Shown in pieces: positions 11,082-23,378 of a stretch of 64,000 nucleotides of DNA (the stretch's first letter is position 1; the number at the start of each line of letters is the position of its first letter). The notes below the pieces were generated by a model. The model worked only from the letters and a program-made list of their open reading frames with translations, was not told where the DNA came from and searched no databases. The position numbers and the translations under genes are program-made. Origin of the DNA: Myxococcota bacterium (GTDB taxonomy: Bacteria; Myxococcota_A; Polyangia; Nannocystales; Nannocystaceae); contig JBCCHT010000011.1 of NCBI GenBank assembly GCA_039028615.1, positions 96,001-160,000 of the forward strand. Reading direction: 5' to 3'.

Positions 11082-13825
11082 TCCGGCCCCGTCAGCTCGT
11101 GTTTCGTGGCCGCGTGATGGCCCAGGGGCTCTTGGTTCGCCGGGCGTTGATCGGCGAGGAGCATGCCCGGCAGCGCGTGTTGGAGCAGGTGCGCGAGGGC
11201 GTTCAGGTCCACGAGATCTCGGCCGGCTACCTGGTGCGGTGGCCCGAGCCCCGCGCGGTCCGAGCCGAAGAGCTCCCCGGCGGCATCGTGGTGAGCCGGT
11301 CGGACCTCTGGCTGGCGCTCCCGCTGCGCGACGATGAAGTCAAATCCTTGGCGCCGGCCTCCGGCAGCTTCGTCCACGCCGAGGGCGGACGGGTCCACGT
11401 GGTGCTGCCCTCGGAGCTTCGTGGAGTCGATCTCGCGGATTGGATCGACGTCGGGCCTCTGGAGGTCCTCGACGTGGAGCCCGTGGTGAAACAGGGAGGC
11501 TTCCCTGTCGCCAGTGGCCCTCGCGTCGCGGCCGACGAAGCACCCAACAACGCGCGCGAGGCCCTCGGCGCCGCCCTGCCCCCCAACTCGAGAGAAGTGC
11601 AGCGCTTGATCGACGCCCTCGCCGAGTCCAAACCCCAGGCCGGGCGCGCGGCGGGGACGATCGACGCGCTCGGTGGACGCACGCCGGGCGTCATGGACTC
11701 GGTGGCCACGTGGCTCGCCCGAGTCCTGGGTCCGAGTTCATCGCGCGCGCTCGTGAGTGGATCGAACGCGGCCGGGTCCCCCGTCACGGTGTCGACCTCG
11801 GCGAGCCGGTCGTCCGAGCCCGGCCGACTGCACAAGCTCTTGGCGCGCTGGGTCGGCGCCTCTCCTCTCTCCGCCCTCATCGGCCACCGCCAGGCTCGCT
11901 ACGTGGAGAAGACGCTGCGCATGTTCGAGCAGGGTCGATTCGACGAGGCGCTGCGCCACGCGATCCCCTTCTCCTCGATCCCCGGCGCCGTCTCGCCGCC
12001 GTCGATGCGCGTGCCGAGCCCTCGCGCCGAGCTCCGACTGACGGCGGCGACCCGGGGCCTACCGCAGTCCTCCCTCAACCTCGGGGATTCGCTCTACGAC
12101 CGGTTCCGAAGGCTCTATCGGGAGGCCGCCCGGGCCCTCGAGAGCGACGGACGCATCGAAGAAGCCGCGTACGTCCTGTTCGATCTGCTCGGAGACAACG
12201 ACAAAGGCATCGCGCTGCTCGAGCGACACGAGCGATACGGGCTCGCGGCGCGCATGGCCGAAGGCAAGGGGATGCCGCCCGGTCAGGTGATCCGGCTGTG
12301 GTTTCTCGCCAAGGATCCCGCGGCGGCGGTACGAGTCGCCCGGCGCACGGGGGCCTTCGCCGACGCGATCTCCCGCCTCGAGGCCAAACATCCCGATCTC
12401 GCGGATCGCCTGCGGGTGCTGTGGGCCGATCGCCTCGCGTCGGCCGGGGACTTCGTCGCCGCCATCGATGCAGTCTGGCCGGTCACCAGCGCGCGCCGCC
12501 TCGCACATCGCTGGATCGATCTCGCGATCGAGTTCGGCGGTCCCCCGGCCATGCGCATGCTGCCGCGCAAGCTCGAGCTGCGGATCGACGAGCCCTCCGC
12601 CGTCTCCGAGGTCGGGCGGGAGATCTCGGCCCTGCTCGATCGCGACGACGACGACGCCCGCGTCCTGCGGTCTCAGCTCGGGCAGGCGTGGCTCGAGATG
12701 AAGCAGCCCTGGCCCCCCGTCGCGCGCGGCCTGGGTCGCGCGTTGGCGCGTCGGCTCTGCGACGACGGGCACCACCGCCAATTCGACCCCGTCGCGCGCA
12801 AGTTCGTCGACGCCCTGCGAGACCCCCTCCTGTCGCTCGATTCGCCCATGGTGCGGATGCCGACGAGCAACGAGACGACGGGCGTCCATGCGTCGCGCTT
12901 CACTCGACACGAGCGAGGCCTACACCGGATCTCCGACGCCGCCCGACTCGCCAACGGTCGCCTGCTCGTGGCGATGGGCGACGCGGGCGTGCGCGTGGTC
13001 GATGCTCGAGGCAAGGTCCTGCGCCGCTACGAACACCCCGCCCAGCGCTTGGTCGTGTCGGACACGGGCACCCGGGCCATCGGCGTATTCACCCGCGGGG
13101 CCGTGCATACGCTGACGCGCTTCGATCTCGTGACCGGGCGGGCCGAACGTTGGTGCGATGCCAACTTCGTGTCGTACGTCGACAGCTACGACGGCGCGAC
13201 CTGGTTCGTCGCGACCGAAGACGCCCTGACCGCCGTGGATGCTCAGTCCCCGGGCTTCGACGCACTGTGGCGCGTCGGGCAGATTCGCGATCCCATCGTG
13301 GCCCTCGCTCGCGACCCCCAGCATGTCGTCTTGGTGGTTCATCGAGACGAGGCTTCGTTGATGGAGGTCTGGCGCTACGAGCTGACGGACAAGGGACCCG
13401 TGCTACGAGAGCGGTCCGATCTCGCGCTGCCGCGCCAGGGCGAACTCATGAGCTTCGAGGCCAGCGCCGCCCCCAGCGGCCGCGCGGTGATGCGAGTCGA
13501 CTACCCCTCCGCCACGGAATGGAAGCCCGATGTCGTCGCGTTCGGGCCCTCGAAGACCACGCTGCAGGCCAACGATCCGCCGGCCGGTACCTACGTCACC
13601 AGCTCGGACCGCAACTTCCTGTGGATCACGACGGCCGAGGACGTCCAGCTGCGCCTGCTCGCCCCGGGGTCGCTCTCGGCGTTTCGCGGCAAGACGGTAC
13701 GGCTCGAGGGCAGCACGCACAGCCGTGTTCGAGTCGAGGGGGAGCGCCTGCTCGTGTGCGACGACCTCGGTCGCATCGTGCACCTCAACCACGAGCTGCG
13801 CGTGCTCGACTACTGGCTGGTCTGA
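11078..13825 (+). CDS. bpX6-like N-terminal domain + helical repeats + C-terminal beta-propeller
   Basis: N-terminus IRPRQLVFRGRV..LIGEEHARQRVL; LRMFEQGRFDEALRHAIP; EEAAYVLFDLL; GRLLVAMGDAGVRVVD propeller blades. Confidence 0.68.
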   Translation: MIRPRQLVFRGRVMAQGLLVRRALIGEEHARQRVLEQVREGVQVHEISAGYLVRWPEPRAVRAEELPGGIVVSRSDLWLALPLRDDEVKSLAPASGSFVHAEGGRVHVVLPSELRGVDLADWIDVGPLEVLDVEPVVKQGGFPVASGPRVAADEAPNNAREALGAALPPNSREVQRLIDALAESKPQAGRAAGTIDALGGRTPGVMDSVATWLARVLGPSSSRALVSGSNAAGSPVTVSTSASRSSEPGRLHKLLARWVGASPLSALIGHRQARYVEKTLRMFEQGRFDEALRHAIPFSSIPGAVSPPSMRVPSPRAELRLTAATRGLPQSSLNLGDSLYDRFRRLYREAARALESDGRIEEAAYVLFDLLGDNDKGIALLERHERYGLAARMAEGKGMPPGQVIRLWFLAKDPAAAVRVARRTGAFADAISRLEAKHPDLADRLRVLWADRLASAGDFVAAIDAVWPVTSARRLAHRWIDLAIEFGGPPAMRMLPRKLELRIDEPSAVSEVGREISALLDRDDDDARVLRSQLGQAWLEMKQPWPPVARGLGRALARRLCDDGHHRQFDPVARKFVDALRDPLLSLDSPMVRMPTSNETTGVHASRFTRHERGLHRISDAARLANGRLLVAMGDAGVRVVDARGKVLRRYEHPAQRLVVSDTGTRAIGVFTRGAVHTLTRFDLVTGRAERWCDANFVSYVDSYDGATWFVATEDALTAVDAQSPGFDALWRVGQIRDPIVALARDPQHVVLVVHRDEASLMEVWRYELTDKGPVLRERSDLALPRQGELMSFEASAAPSGRAVMRVDYPSATEWKPDVVAFGPSKTTLQANDPPAGTYVTSSDRNFLWITTAEDVQLRLLAPGSLSAFRGKTVRLEGSTHSRVRVEGERLLVCDDLGRIVHLNHELRVLDYWLV

Positions 13826-13834
13826 AACGCGAAA

Positions 13835-13860
13835 GACCCCCTGCCCGGAGGCAGAGGGTC
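13835..13860. terminator. GC-rich hairpin between convergent genes, possible bidirectional terminator
   Basis: GACCC-C-CTGCC cgga GGCAG-A-GGGTC; only short A/T flanks. Confidence 0.55.
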
Positions 13861-13882
13861 CTTGCGTCGCGAACGATCTCGC

Positions 13883-16033
<2,151 letters not shown>

Positions 16034-16448
16034 GGTGGAGCTCGGGGCGGTGAGAGGTGCGGGATTCTTCGGCGCTAAATCGTGATGTTCATCTTACGGA
16101 TTTACCAGAATCTAATGGGCGGCCCTCCGCCGTGTCAAGCGAGATACGGTGTTAGGGGTTAACGAAATTCGCGCTTAAATTGGCAGCTAGAGGGCCATAG
16201 CTCGACTTCGCGCATCTGCGGAAAACACACTGGGGGGATCGGGCCCCAACCGTTGTTCTGGGCCAAAACTATTATAACTGAACCCCCGATCGGAGCCTGG
16301 TTCAGAACCGCTCGCGACCCCCTACTGTCACTCCGCAGACCCCCGGTGTCGCGGATGTGCGCACACTAAACGCTGTCAGATCTTCGACTGCGAGTGGCCC
16401 ACCTATGGTGATTCACAGTCGGTTGTTTTCGCGTAGCATCGGCAATCC

Positions 16449-17693
16449 ATGCCTCGCAGCGCGCTCATTTTTTCGGGGCTCGCGGTCGGAGCCATGTCGC
16501 TCATGCTCTGTCAGTGCAAGAGATCGACACCGGCTTGGACCGAAGAAAAGCCTCAACCCAGCTCTGCCAAGTCGTCGAAGGATTCATCGGCCGATGATGC
16601 CCAAGGCACACCCACGGCCACGGTGGCTCCCGGAGTCATCGATCGCAAGAGCATCGAGGCCATCGGTAAAGCAGCCGAGTATTCGCCGCAGGTCGAAGCG
16701 ACGCTGCTCGCGGCATTGGAGCACGAAGACAAGGACGTACGAAGCCAAGCGTGCTGGTCTCTGGGCCGCCTCGGCGCCCACTCCAAGCCCCATGTCCCCA
16801 AGCTCATCGCGGCCTTGGGCGACGATACCTGGGAAGTTCGGCACAACGCCGGATGGGCGCTACGGGCCATCAAGGACGGCGTAGGCCCGCAGGTCATCGC
16901 CGCGCTGGAGCACGAAAACCCGTGGACTCGACTCGAGGCCGCCCGCGTGCTCACCGAGGTCGATCCGAGTCAGCACGACCGCGCGGCCGAGATGTTCATC
17001 GAGGGTCTGGGTGCCGACGACGAGAAGATTCGAGTGGTCGCCGCCCAGGGTCTGGTGAGCCTGGGCGCCGCAGCCAAGGCCGCCGTGCCCCAGCTTCGCG
17101 AGGCAGTCAAGGACGACAACGAGCACGTCCGCAAGACTTCGATCACCGCGTTGGGGCTCATCGGGGAACCGGCCGCCACCGCCGTCCCCGAGCTCATCGC
17201 GGCCATCGGCGACGACAAGCGCTTGGTCCGAGTCGAAGCGATCAACGTGCTGGGGACCTTCGGGGCCCAGGCGATGCCGGCCAAGTCCGCGTTGCTCAGC
17301 GGTCTCGGTGACAAGGACAAGCACGTCGCCAACGCGGCGGCGAACAACATCGGCAAGCTCGGGCCGGAAGTGCTGCCCGACCTGGTGCTCGCGTGCCAGG
17401 ACCAAGAGGCGAAGGTGCGCCAGTGGGCCATCGATGCCGTCGCGCTCTCGCCCCACGTGGACGCCGACACGATCGACGCGATGCGCAAGCTGCTGAAGCA
17501 CGAGTCGTGGGAGACGCGCTTTCGCGCCGCGGTGGCCCTGGACCGCAAGGACGAGGTCGCCCGCCGAGCCGTGCCCGAGCTGATCGCCGCGCTGAAGGAC
17601 CCCGACGACACGGTCCGAGTGAACGCGACCAATGCCCTTCGAACCATCGGAACCCCGGAAGCAGTGTCCGCGCTCCCGAAGGAAACCGGATAA
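16449..17693 (+). CDS. HEAT/PBS-lyase repeat protein, exported or lipoprotein
   Basis: Repeats AVPELIAALKDPDDTVRVNATNALRTIG; N-terminal hydrophobic segment ending in Cys (LMLCQC). Confidence 0.87.
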   Translation: MPRSALIFSGLAVGAMSLMLCQCKRSTPAWTEEKPQPSSAKSSKDSSADDAQGTPTATVAPGVIDRKSIEAIGKAAEYSPQVEATLLAALEHEDKDVRSQACWSLGRLGAHSKPHVPKLIAALGDDTWEVRHNAGWALRAIKDGVGPQVIAALEHENPWTRLEAARVLTEVDPSQHDRAAEMFIEGLGADDEKIRVVAAQGLVSLGAAAKAAVPQLREAVKDDNEHVRKTSITALGLIGEPAATAVPELIAAIGDDKRLVRVEAINVLGTFGAQAMPAKSALLSGLGDKDKHVANAAANNIGKLGPEVLPDLVLACQDQEAKVRQWAIDAVALSPHVDADTIDAMRKLLKHESWETRFRAAVALDRKDEVARRAVPELIAALKDPDDTVRVNATNALRTIGTPEAVSALPKETG

Positions 17694-17717
17694 GATCGGG
17701 AAGGCTCGCGTTCTTCG

Positions 17718-18395
17718 ATGTCGTCTCCTCCGTCCATCTCGTCTGGTCGTGTGATCCTGGGCCTCGGCGCGCTGGCGATCACCGGGGTGGCCCTGGTGAT
17801 GCTCATGGGCGACGACTCCACGAAGACCTCCACCTGGTCCGACGAAGGGGCAGGCAAGGCGATCGCTTCGGGCGAGTCGAAGGCGCTCGAACCCGACGCC
17901 TTCGAGCGCCGAAAGTCGGCCCAGCGGCGCGGGCAGCCCGACAAGGCCAAGGTCCTCGAGGGCATCGCTCGCACCGCGGAGGCGTTTCGCCCGGCCGACT
18001 TCGGTCAGCTCGACCACGAGTACCGCCCCGACTCCATCGAGCGCCACGCCAAAGACCTCGAGGGTTGGCTCGGCGAGTCCGACAACCGCAAGGCCGCCCC
18101 GAGCCTGATGGAAGTGGACTGCAGCTCGCCGCCGTGCCTCATCAGCGTGGACTTCAGCACGGTCGACATGTCCTTCGTCGAGCGCGCCCGCGAGTATCTG
18201 GCCAATGCGTCCGACCTGGGCGAGCCCGAGCTCATCGTGCGGGGCACCAACCCCGACAAGCAGCAAGTGTGGTTGTTCTGGCCGCCCGGCGAGTCCGGCA
18301 GCACTGGCTACAACGTCTACAAGGAAGCCGCCCGCAAGCGCGTCGTCGAGAAGTGGGAAGACATGCCCAACGACGATCCCAGCATGAACCCGTGA
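17718..18395 (+). CDS. Hypothetical protein with N-terminal membrane anchor
   Basis: TM VILGLGALAITGVALVMLM; VDCSSPPC motif; typical GC3 codon bias. Confidence 0.65.
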   Translation: MSSPPSISSGRVILGLGALAITGVALVMLMGDDSTKTSTWSDEGAGKAIASGESKALEPDAFERRKSAQRRGQPDKAKVLEGIARTAEAFRPADFGQLDHEYRPDSIERHAKDLEGWLGESDNRKAAPSLMEVDCSSPPCLISVDFSTVDMSFVERAREYLANASDLGEPELIVRGTNPDKQQVWLFWPPGESGSTGYNVYKEAARKRVVEKWEDMPNDDPSMNP

Positions 18396-18479
18396 CACGG
18401 AAAGCCTGGCCCGTGAACAGCTCACCTGAAAACGCAGCGACCATCTGTAACGCAACGCGGGCCGTCGTCGAGGTCAGTC

Positions 18480-20135
18480 ATGGGTGACACGCTCCAGCGC
18501 CTCCGCGCCGCCGCGACGCGCCCCGTCGATGGCGCGTCGCTGCTGATGTTCCGCATCGCCTTCGGCCTCATCATCTTCTGGGAGGTGATGCGCTACACCA
18601 ACAACGGCTGGGTCAAGGCCTACTACCTCGACACCGAGTTCCGCTTCAAATACTGGCCCTTCGATTTCGTCGAGCCCTGGGGCGGCGACGGGATGTACTG
18701 GCAGTTCGGCATCCTCGGCGTGGCCGCGCTCGCGATCATGACCGGCTTCCGCTATCGGATCGCCTCGGTCGTCGCGTTCTTCTCCCTCGCGTACATCTTC
18801 CTGCTCGACCAGGGGCGCTACCTCAACCACTTCTACCTGGTGGTCTTGGTCTCGTTCCTGATGATGTTCCTTCCCTTCGATCGGGTGGCCTCGCTCGATC
18901 CGTGGAAGCGCAACCCGCCGGGCACGATGCCCGCGTGGGTTCTGTGGTTGATGCGATTTCAGATCGGCGTGCCCTACTTCTTCGGCGGCGTCGCGAAGAT
19001 CAACGGCGACTGGCTCCGCGGCCAGCCGCTGACCGCCTGGCTGAGCAACAAGGGCGACTTCCCCGTGCTCGGCCCGCTCTTCGAGAACGAGACGATCGGG
19101 TTCAGCATGGCCTACGGCGGCCTGATGCTCGACCTGTGCGGGGTCTTCCTGCTGATGTGGCGCAAGACCCGGGTGCCGACCTTCATCGTCATCGTCAGCT
19201 TCCACCTCACCAACTCGGGGCTGTTCAAGATCGGCATCTTCCCGTGGATGATGATGGCGGCCACGCTGCTGTTCTTCCCCGCCGACTGGCCCAAGCGAAT
19301 CTGGAGAGACCTGCGCAACGAGAACCGCCGCGCGTGGATCGGGGTCTTCATCGGAGCGGGCATCGGCCTGATGCTCGGCAACCACTTCCCCAGCACCGAC
19401 TCGTCGATGCACGGGATGATCATGGCCCTGGTCGCCGCCTTCATCGGCTATCAGCTCGCCGTGCCCGGCCTCGCCAACACCCCGGTCACCGAGACCACCA
19501 CCGACGCGGCCGCGGACGCAGACGGCGAGGACGAAGCCGAGCCCGACACCTCGGACGTCGCCAAGACCTCGGAAGACACGGACACCTCGGGCACCACCCT
19601 CGCCACCCCCGCTCCGCTGGCCGTCATCCCCACCATCGCGCTGATGGTGTGGTGCTCGCTGCAGATCCTCGTGCCCCTGCGCCACTTCGCCTACCCGAGC
19701 AACGTGCACTGGACGGAGGAGGGGCACCTGTTCGCCTGGCACATGAAGCTCCGACAAAAGCGGGGCAAGATCATCTTCATCGTCACCAACAAGGAGACGG
19801 GAGAGTCGTGGCGGGTCGACCAACGGAAGATGCTCAGCAAGAAGCAGGCGACCCGCATGTCGGGGCGACCGGACATGATCGTCCAGTTCGCGCATTACCT
19901 GGCCGACGGGCTCGAGGCGGAGCATGGTGCTCCCTTCTCGGTGCATGTGCGCTCGAAGGCTCGCCTCAACGATCGCGACTGGGCGCCGCTGATCGATCCG
20001 GGCAAGGACCTCACCGAGGTCACGCGCCCCTGGGTCCCGCCCGTGGCGTGGATCAACCCCTACCCAGCCGCCCCCCGCGAGCCTCGAGCCGACGAGGGCA
20101 AGAAGAAGGGCAAGAAGAAGCAGGCCGGCAAGTAA
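18480..20135 (+). CDS. HTTM-domain / vitamin K-dependent gamma-carboxylase-like membrane protein
   Basis: RPVDGASLLMFRIAFG, YLNHFYL, RFQIGVPYFFGGVAKINGDWLRG, FHLTNSGLFKIGIFPW, WTEEGHLFAWHMKL, PDMIVQFAHYL. Confidence 0.92.
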   Translation: MGDTLQRLRAAATRPVDGASLLMFRIAFGLIIFWEVMRYTNNGWVKAYYLDTEFRFKYWPFDFVEPWGGDGMYWQFGILGVAALAIMTGFRYRIASVVAFFSLAYIFLLDQGRYLNHFYLVVLVSFLMMFLPFDRVASLDPWKRNPPGTMPAWVLWLMRFQIGVPYFFGGVAKINGDWLRGQPLTAWLSNKGDFPVLGPLFENETIGFSMAYGGLMLDLCGVFLLMWRKTRVPTFIVIVSFHLTNSGLFKIGIFPWMMMAATLLFFPADWPKRIWRDLRNENRRAWIGVFIGAGIGLMLGNHFPSTDSSMHGMIMALVAAFIGYQLAVPGLANTPVTETTTDAAADADGEDEAEPDTSDVAKTSEDTDTSGTTLATPAPLAVIPTIALMVWCSLQILVPLRHFAYPSNVHWTEEGHLFAWHMKLRQKRGKIIFIVTNKETGESWRVDQRKMLSKKQATRMSGRPDMIVQFAHYLADGLEAEHGAPFSVHVRSKARLNDRDWAPLIDPGKDLTEVTRPWVPPVAWINPYPAAPREPRADEGKKKGKKKQAGK

Positions 20136-20277
20136 CGGGGCGGCAGTCGCACCGCGCGACGTTGCGAAGCGCAACGCCGTGCGGGCGCACGACTGGGGCT
20201 CGGCGCCTCGGGCCTTGAAAATTCGACGTTTTTTCGGGGTCGCCGGATTGGATCGGCTTTCGCTTCGTCCGCCCCCC

Positions 20278-21288
20278 ATGAACCGCCGCACCGCCCTCGC
20301 CTCCTCGCTCTTCGTCACCGCCCTCGCCCTCAACACGGGGTGCTGGTACAGCGGGTCGGACATCCCGGTGATCGAGGCGGGCGACCTGGAGATGGAGCCC
20401 CCGGGCAGCGATTCCTTCCGCCAGGCGGGCGACCGGGGCGAGGTCTACGACCTGGCGCTCGAGGTCTCCGACGACGTCAACACGTGGGTCACGGACATCG
20501 CGGTGGGCATGTCTCGGCTGGTGCACGAGCTGGACCAGCACCGCCCCAACCGCGAAGAGGACGGCTGGCGTATCTACGGCCCCCACGACGACGACGAGGG
20601 CAAGGACGCGTCGTGGATGGCTCGCATCACGGGCGACTCGGCGGGCGCGAGCTTCGAGGTCTACATCGGGCGACGCGGCGCGAGCGAGGACGAGATGCGC
20701 CTGTTGATCGACGGTGACGTGTCGGTCGCGGACACCGAGCGCGACGGCCACTTCTCCATCGACTTCGACACCATCGCCGCCTACGCCGACGTCATGGACG
20801 ACGTCGACCCCGACGCGGAGTTCGGCGGCTCGATCGTCGTCGAGTTCGAGCGCGACACCAACACCCGGCACAAGCGCGTCGACCTCGACTTCGACGGCTT
20901 CTTCTACGACGACGGCGAGGACGACCTCGACTTCGACGGCGAGAAGTACCTGTACTTCCGCGACGACGAGGGCGCGGGGCGCTTCCACTTCGCCGCCATC
21001 AGCTCGTTCGAGAGCGACAACTGGAGCGGACCCGAGCTGGAGCGGATGACGGTGGACATGCGCTGGGACACCGAACAGGCTGGCCGCGCCCGCGGGCAGA
21101 TCCTCGAGGTCGACGGCGTCGGCGACCTTCGGCACGGCGATCTCATGGTCAACGAGTGCTTCGACGGGAGCGGCGGCCTGGTGTGGCGCAGCCTCAACGA
21201 GCCCTACGCCGGCTATGAGCCCGACTACTCGTTCGGCGACGAGGCCGACTGCGTCTTCGACGAGAGCGCGCTGATGGTCCGGGAATAG
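20278..21288 (+). CDS. Highly acidic myxobacterial lipoprotein
   Basis: MNRR..ALALNTGC lipobox; D/E-rich beta-strand body; RWDTEQAGRA and ECFD motifs. Confidence 0.75.
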   Translation: MNRRTALASSLFVTALALNTGCWYSGSDIPVIEAGDLEMEPPGSDSFRQAGDRGEVYDLALEVSDDVNTWVTDIAVGMSRLVHELDQHRPNREEDGWRIYGPHDDDEGKDASWMARITGDSAGASFEVYIGRRGASEDEMRLLIDGDVSVADTERDGHFSIDFDTIAAYADVMDDVDPDAEFGGSIVVEFERDTNTRHKRVDLDFDGFFYDDGEDDLDFDGEKYLYFRDDEGAGRFHFAAISSFESDNWSGPELERMTVDMRWDTEQAGRARGQILEVDGVGDLRHGDLMVNECFDGSGGLVWRSLNEPYAGYEPDYSFGDEADCVFDESALMVRE

Positions 21289-21310
21289 ACAATAGGTGAT
21301 ACTGGGCGGG

Positions 21311-22570
21311 ATGCTCGATCTCCCGAACGCAGCCGAGCAACTCGAAGCCGCCCTCGCGAAACGGAGCACCGCCGACCAAGCCCGGATCCGCGCGATCCTG
21401 CACCACGTGCACGTCGATGCCCTCCACTTCCTCGAGGGCAAAGACGGCGCACGCGGGTCGAGCCGCCCGGAGTTTTCCCGGGCGCACGGGCTGCTCCACC
21501 GGGCCGAGGACCTGCTGCACAAGGTCGGCAACGCGGTGCTGGGCACCCCCGATCCCACGGGGCAGATCTACGGCACGGGGACCTACGAGTCGCTCGATCT
21601 GGGCTGGACTGAAGCGCTGGCGCTGTGGATCGAAAACGGCCACGAGCGCGCCACCTTCAGCACCAGCCCGGCCACCATCGACATCCCCGATACGGTCGAC
21701 CTTTCGATCATCGGCGACTGGGGCACGGGGGACTTCGGCACCGAGCAGTCGCCCTCGGGCAGCGCGCTCATCGGTCGGCACGTCTCGCAGTCGCTGAAGC
21801 CCGCGATCACCATCCACCTCGGCGACGTGTACTACGCGGGCACCGAGGACAACGAGCGCAGCAAGCTCGTCGACATCTTCCCGTGGGGGACCTCGTCCTC
21901 GTTCACCCTCAACTCGAACCACGAGATGTACCCGGGGGCCAAGGCGTACTTCGACGTCGCGCTCGCCGATCGTCGCTTCGCCGCCCAGAACGCCACAAGC
22001 TACTTCTGCCTGCAGAACCAGCACTGGGCCATCGTGGGGCTCGATACCGCCTACGAGGCAGACTACTGGGACATGTACCTGCAGGGGACCTTGAAGACGA
22101 GCGACGGCCGCTCGCCCCAGCTCGACTTCCTGCGCCAGGTCGCACAGAGCGGACGCCAGCTCATCATCCTCACCCATCACAACCCGCTCGAGTTGTCCGG
22201 CGCGCCCAATCCTCTGTGGGGCGAGGTGACGCAGGCGCTGGCCAACACCCCCAGCGCGAGCCGACCGGTCTACTGGTACTACGGCCATGCCCACAACGCC
22301 GCCGTGTATCTCGACGTCCCCGGTAGCGCGGGCGTGCCGACCATCCTGCCGCGGCTTTCAGGCCACGCCGCGGTGCCCTACACCGTGAGCACCGACCTCA
22401 CCGAGTCGAGGCAAATCTCCTGGCTGGAGCGGGCATATATCCACGGCGACTCGGGCCTGGTCCGCAACGGCTTCTCCACCCTCGCCCTCGACGGACCTCA
22501 GCTGACGGAGTCGATGCTCGACCAAGAGGGCAACGTGTCGTGGACCCGCACCGCCACCGCGCGCCAGTGA
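21311..22570 (+). CDS. Calcineurin-like metallophosphoesterase
   Basis: GDWG, HLGDVYY, NSNHEMY, THH, GHAH metal-binding motifs. Confidence 0.88.
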   Translation: MLDLPNAAEQLEAALAKRSTADQARIRAILHHVHVDALHFLEGKDGARGSSRPEFSRAHGLLHRAEDLLHKVGNAVLGTPDPTGQIYGTGTYESLDLGWTEALALWIENGHERATFSTSPATIDIPDTVDLSIIGDWGTGDFGTEQSPSGSALIGRHVSQSLKPAITIHLGDVYYAGTEDNERSKLVDIFPWGTSSSFTLNSNHEMYPGAKAYFDVALADRRFAAQNATSYFCLQNQHWAIVGLDTAYEADYWDMYLQGTLKTSDGRSPQLDFLRQVAQSGRQLIILTHHNPLELSGAPNPLWGEVTQALANTPSASRPVYWYYGHAHNAAVYLDVPGSAGVPTILPRLSGHAAVPYTVSTDLTESRQISWLERAYIHGDSGLVRNGFSTLALDGPQLTESMLDQEGNVSWTRTATARQ

Positions 22571-22676
22571 GGGTCCACCAGCGCGGATTCGCGCGACAAA
22601 CGCCACCATGAGATTGCCCCCTTGGCGGGGTGCGGGAACGACGGGCCCCTTGCGGGTTCACTGCTAGAGTTGCGCG

Positions 22677-23375
22677 ATGGCACTGTCCCTGCGCCCGCTC
22701 GGATCCCTCTGCGTCGCCCTGTTGCTGGGGGCGTGCTTCGACCCGGCCGGCGGCGGCACCGACGATACGACCGAGGGCTCGAGCAGCACCACGGCCTCCA
22801 ACGACGGCCCGGCCACATGCGTACCGGGGCAGCTGCAGCCCTGTGTGTGCCCCAATGGCGCGGGCAACCAGGAGTGCAATACCGAGGGCACGGCCTTTGG
22901 CGAGTGCATCTGCGTCGGCTCCGACGGCACGACGACGACTGGCCCGGCCGAGACCACGACCGGCGTGAGCGACACCACCTCCAGCGCCGACGACAGCACC
23001 AGCGACTCCGGCAGCACGGGCTCGGCCGAGGACAGCTCGGGCACCACCATGGGCCTGGAAGACACGGGGCTCGCCGAAGAATCCAGCAGCGAGGGCGGCT
23101 TCGGCCCGCTCGAGGTGGGCGAGTCGTGCAACGACGACTCCGAGTGCATGACCGGGGTATGCTGGGATTTCAGCGACTACGACCCGTTCTGCTTCGGCAC
23201 CGCGTGCTCGGTCAACTGCGCCAGCGATGTCCAGTGCGTCAACGCGATGGCGATCGCGGGCGCACCCGACCCCAGCGCGAGCAGCTGCGGCGCCGATGGG
23301 CGATGCAGCACGCTCGGCACCGGTTTCGGGGCCTACGCGTGCGCAGGACCGAGCGAGTCCACGCTCAGCGAGTAA
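22677..23375 (+). CDS. Cys-rich lipoprotein with Ser/Thr linker
   Basis: LLGAC lipobox; CVPGQLQPCVC; S/T/D-rich linker; C-terminal Cys cluster. Confidence 0.75.
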   Translation: MALSLRPLGSLCVALLLGACFDPAGGGTDDTTEGSSSTTASNDGPATCVPGQLQPCVCPNGAGNQECNTEGTAFGECICVGSDGTTTTGPAETTTGVSDTTSSADDSTSDSGSTGSAEDSSGTTMGLEDTGLAEESSSEGGFGPLEVGESCNDDSECMTGVCWDFSDYDPFCFGTACSVNCASDVQCVNAMAIAGAPDPSASSCGADGRCSTLGTGFGAYACAGPSESTLSE

Positions 23376-23378
23376 GCG

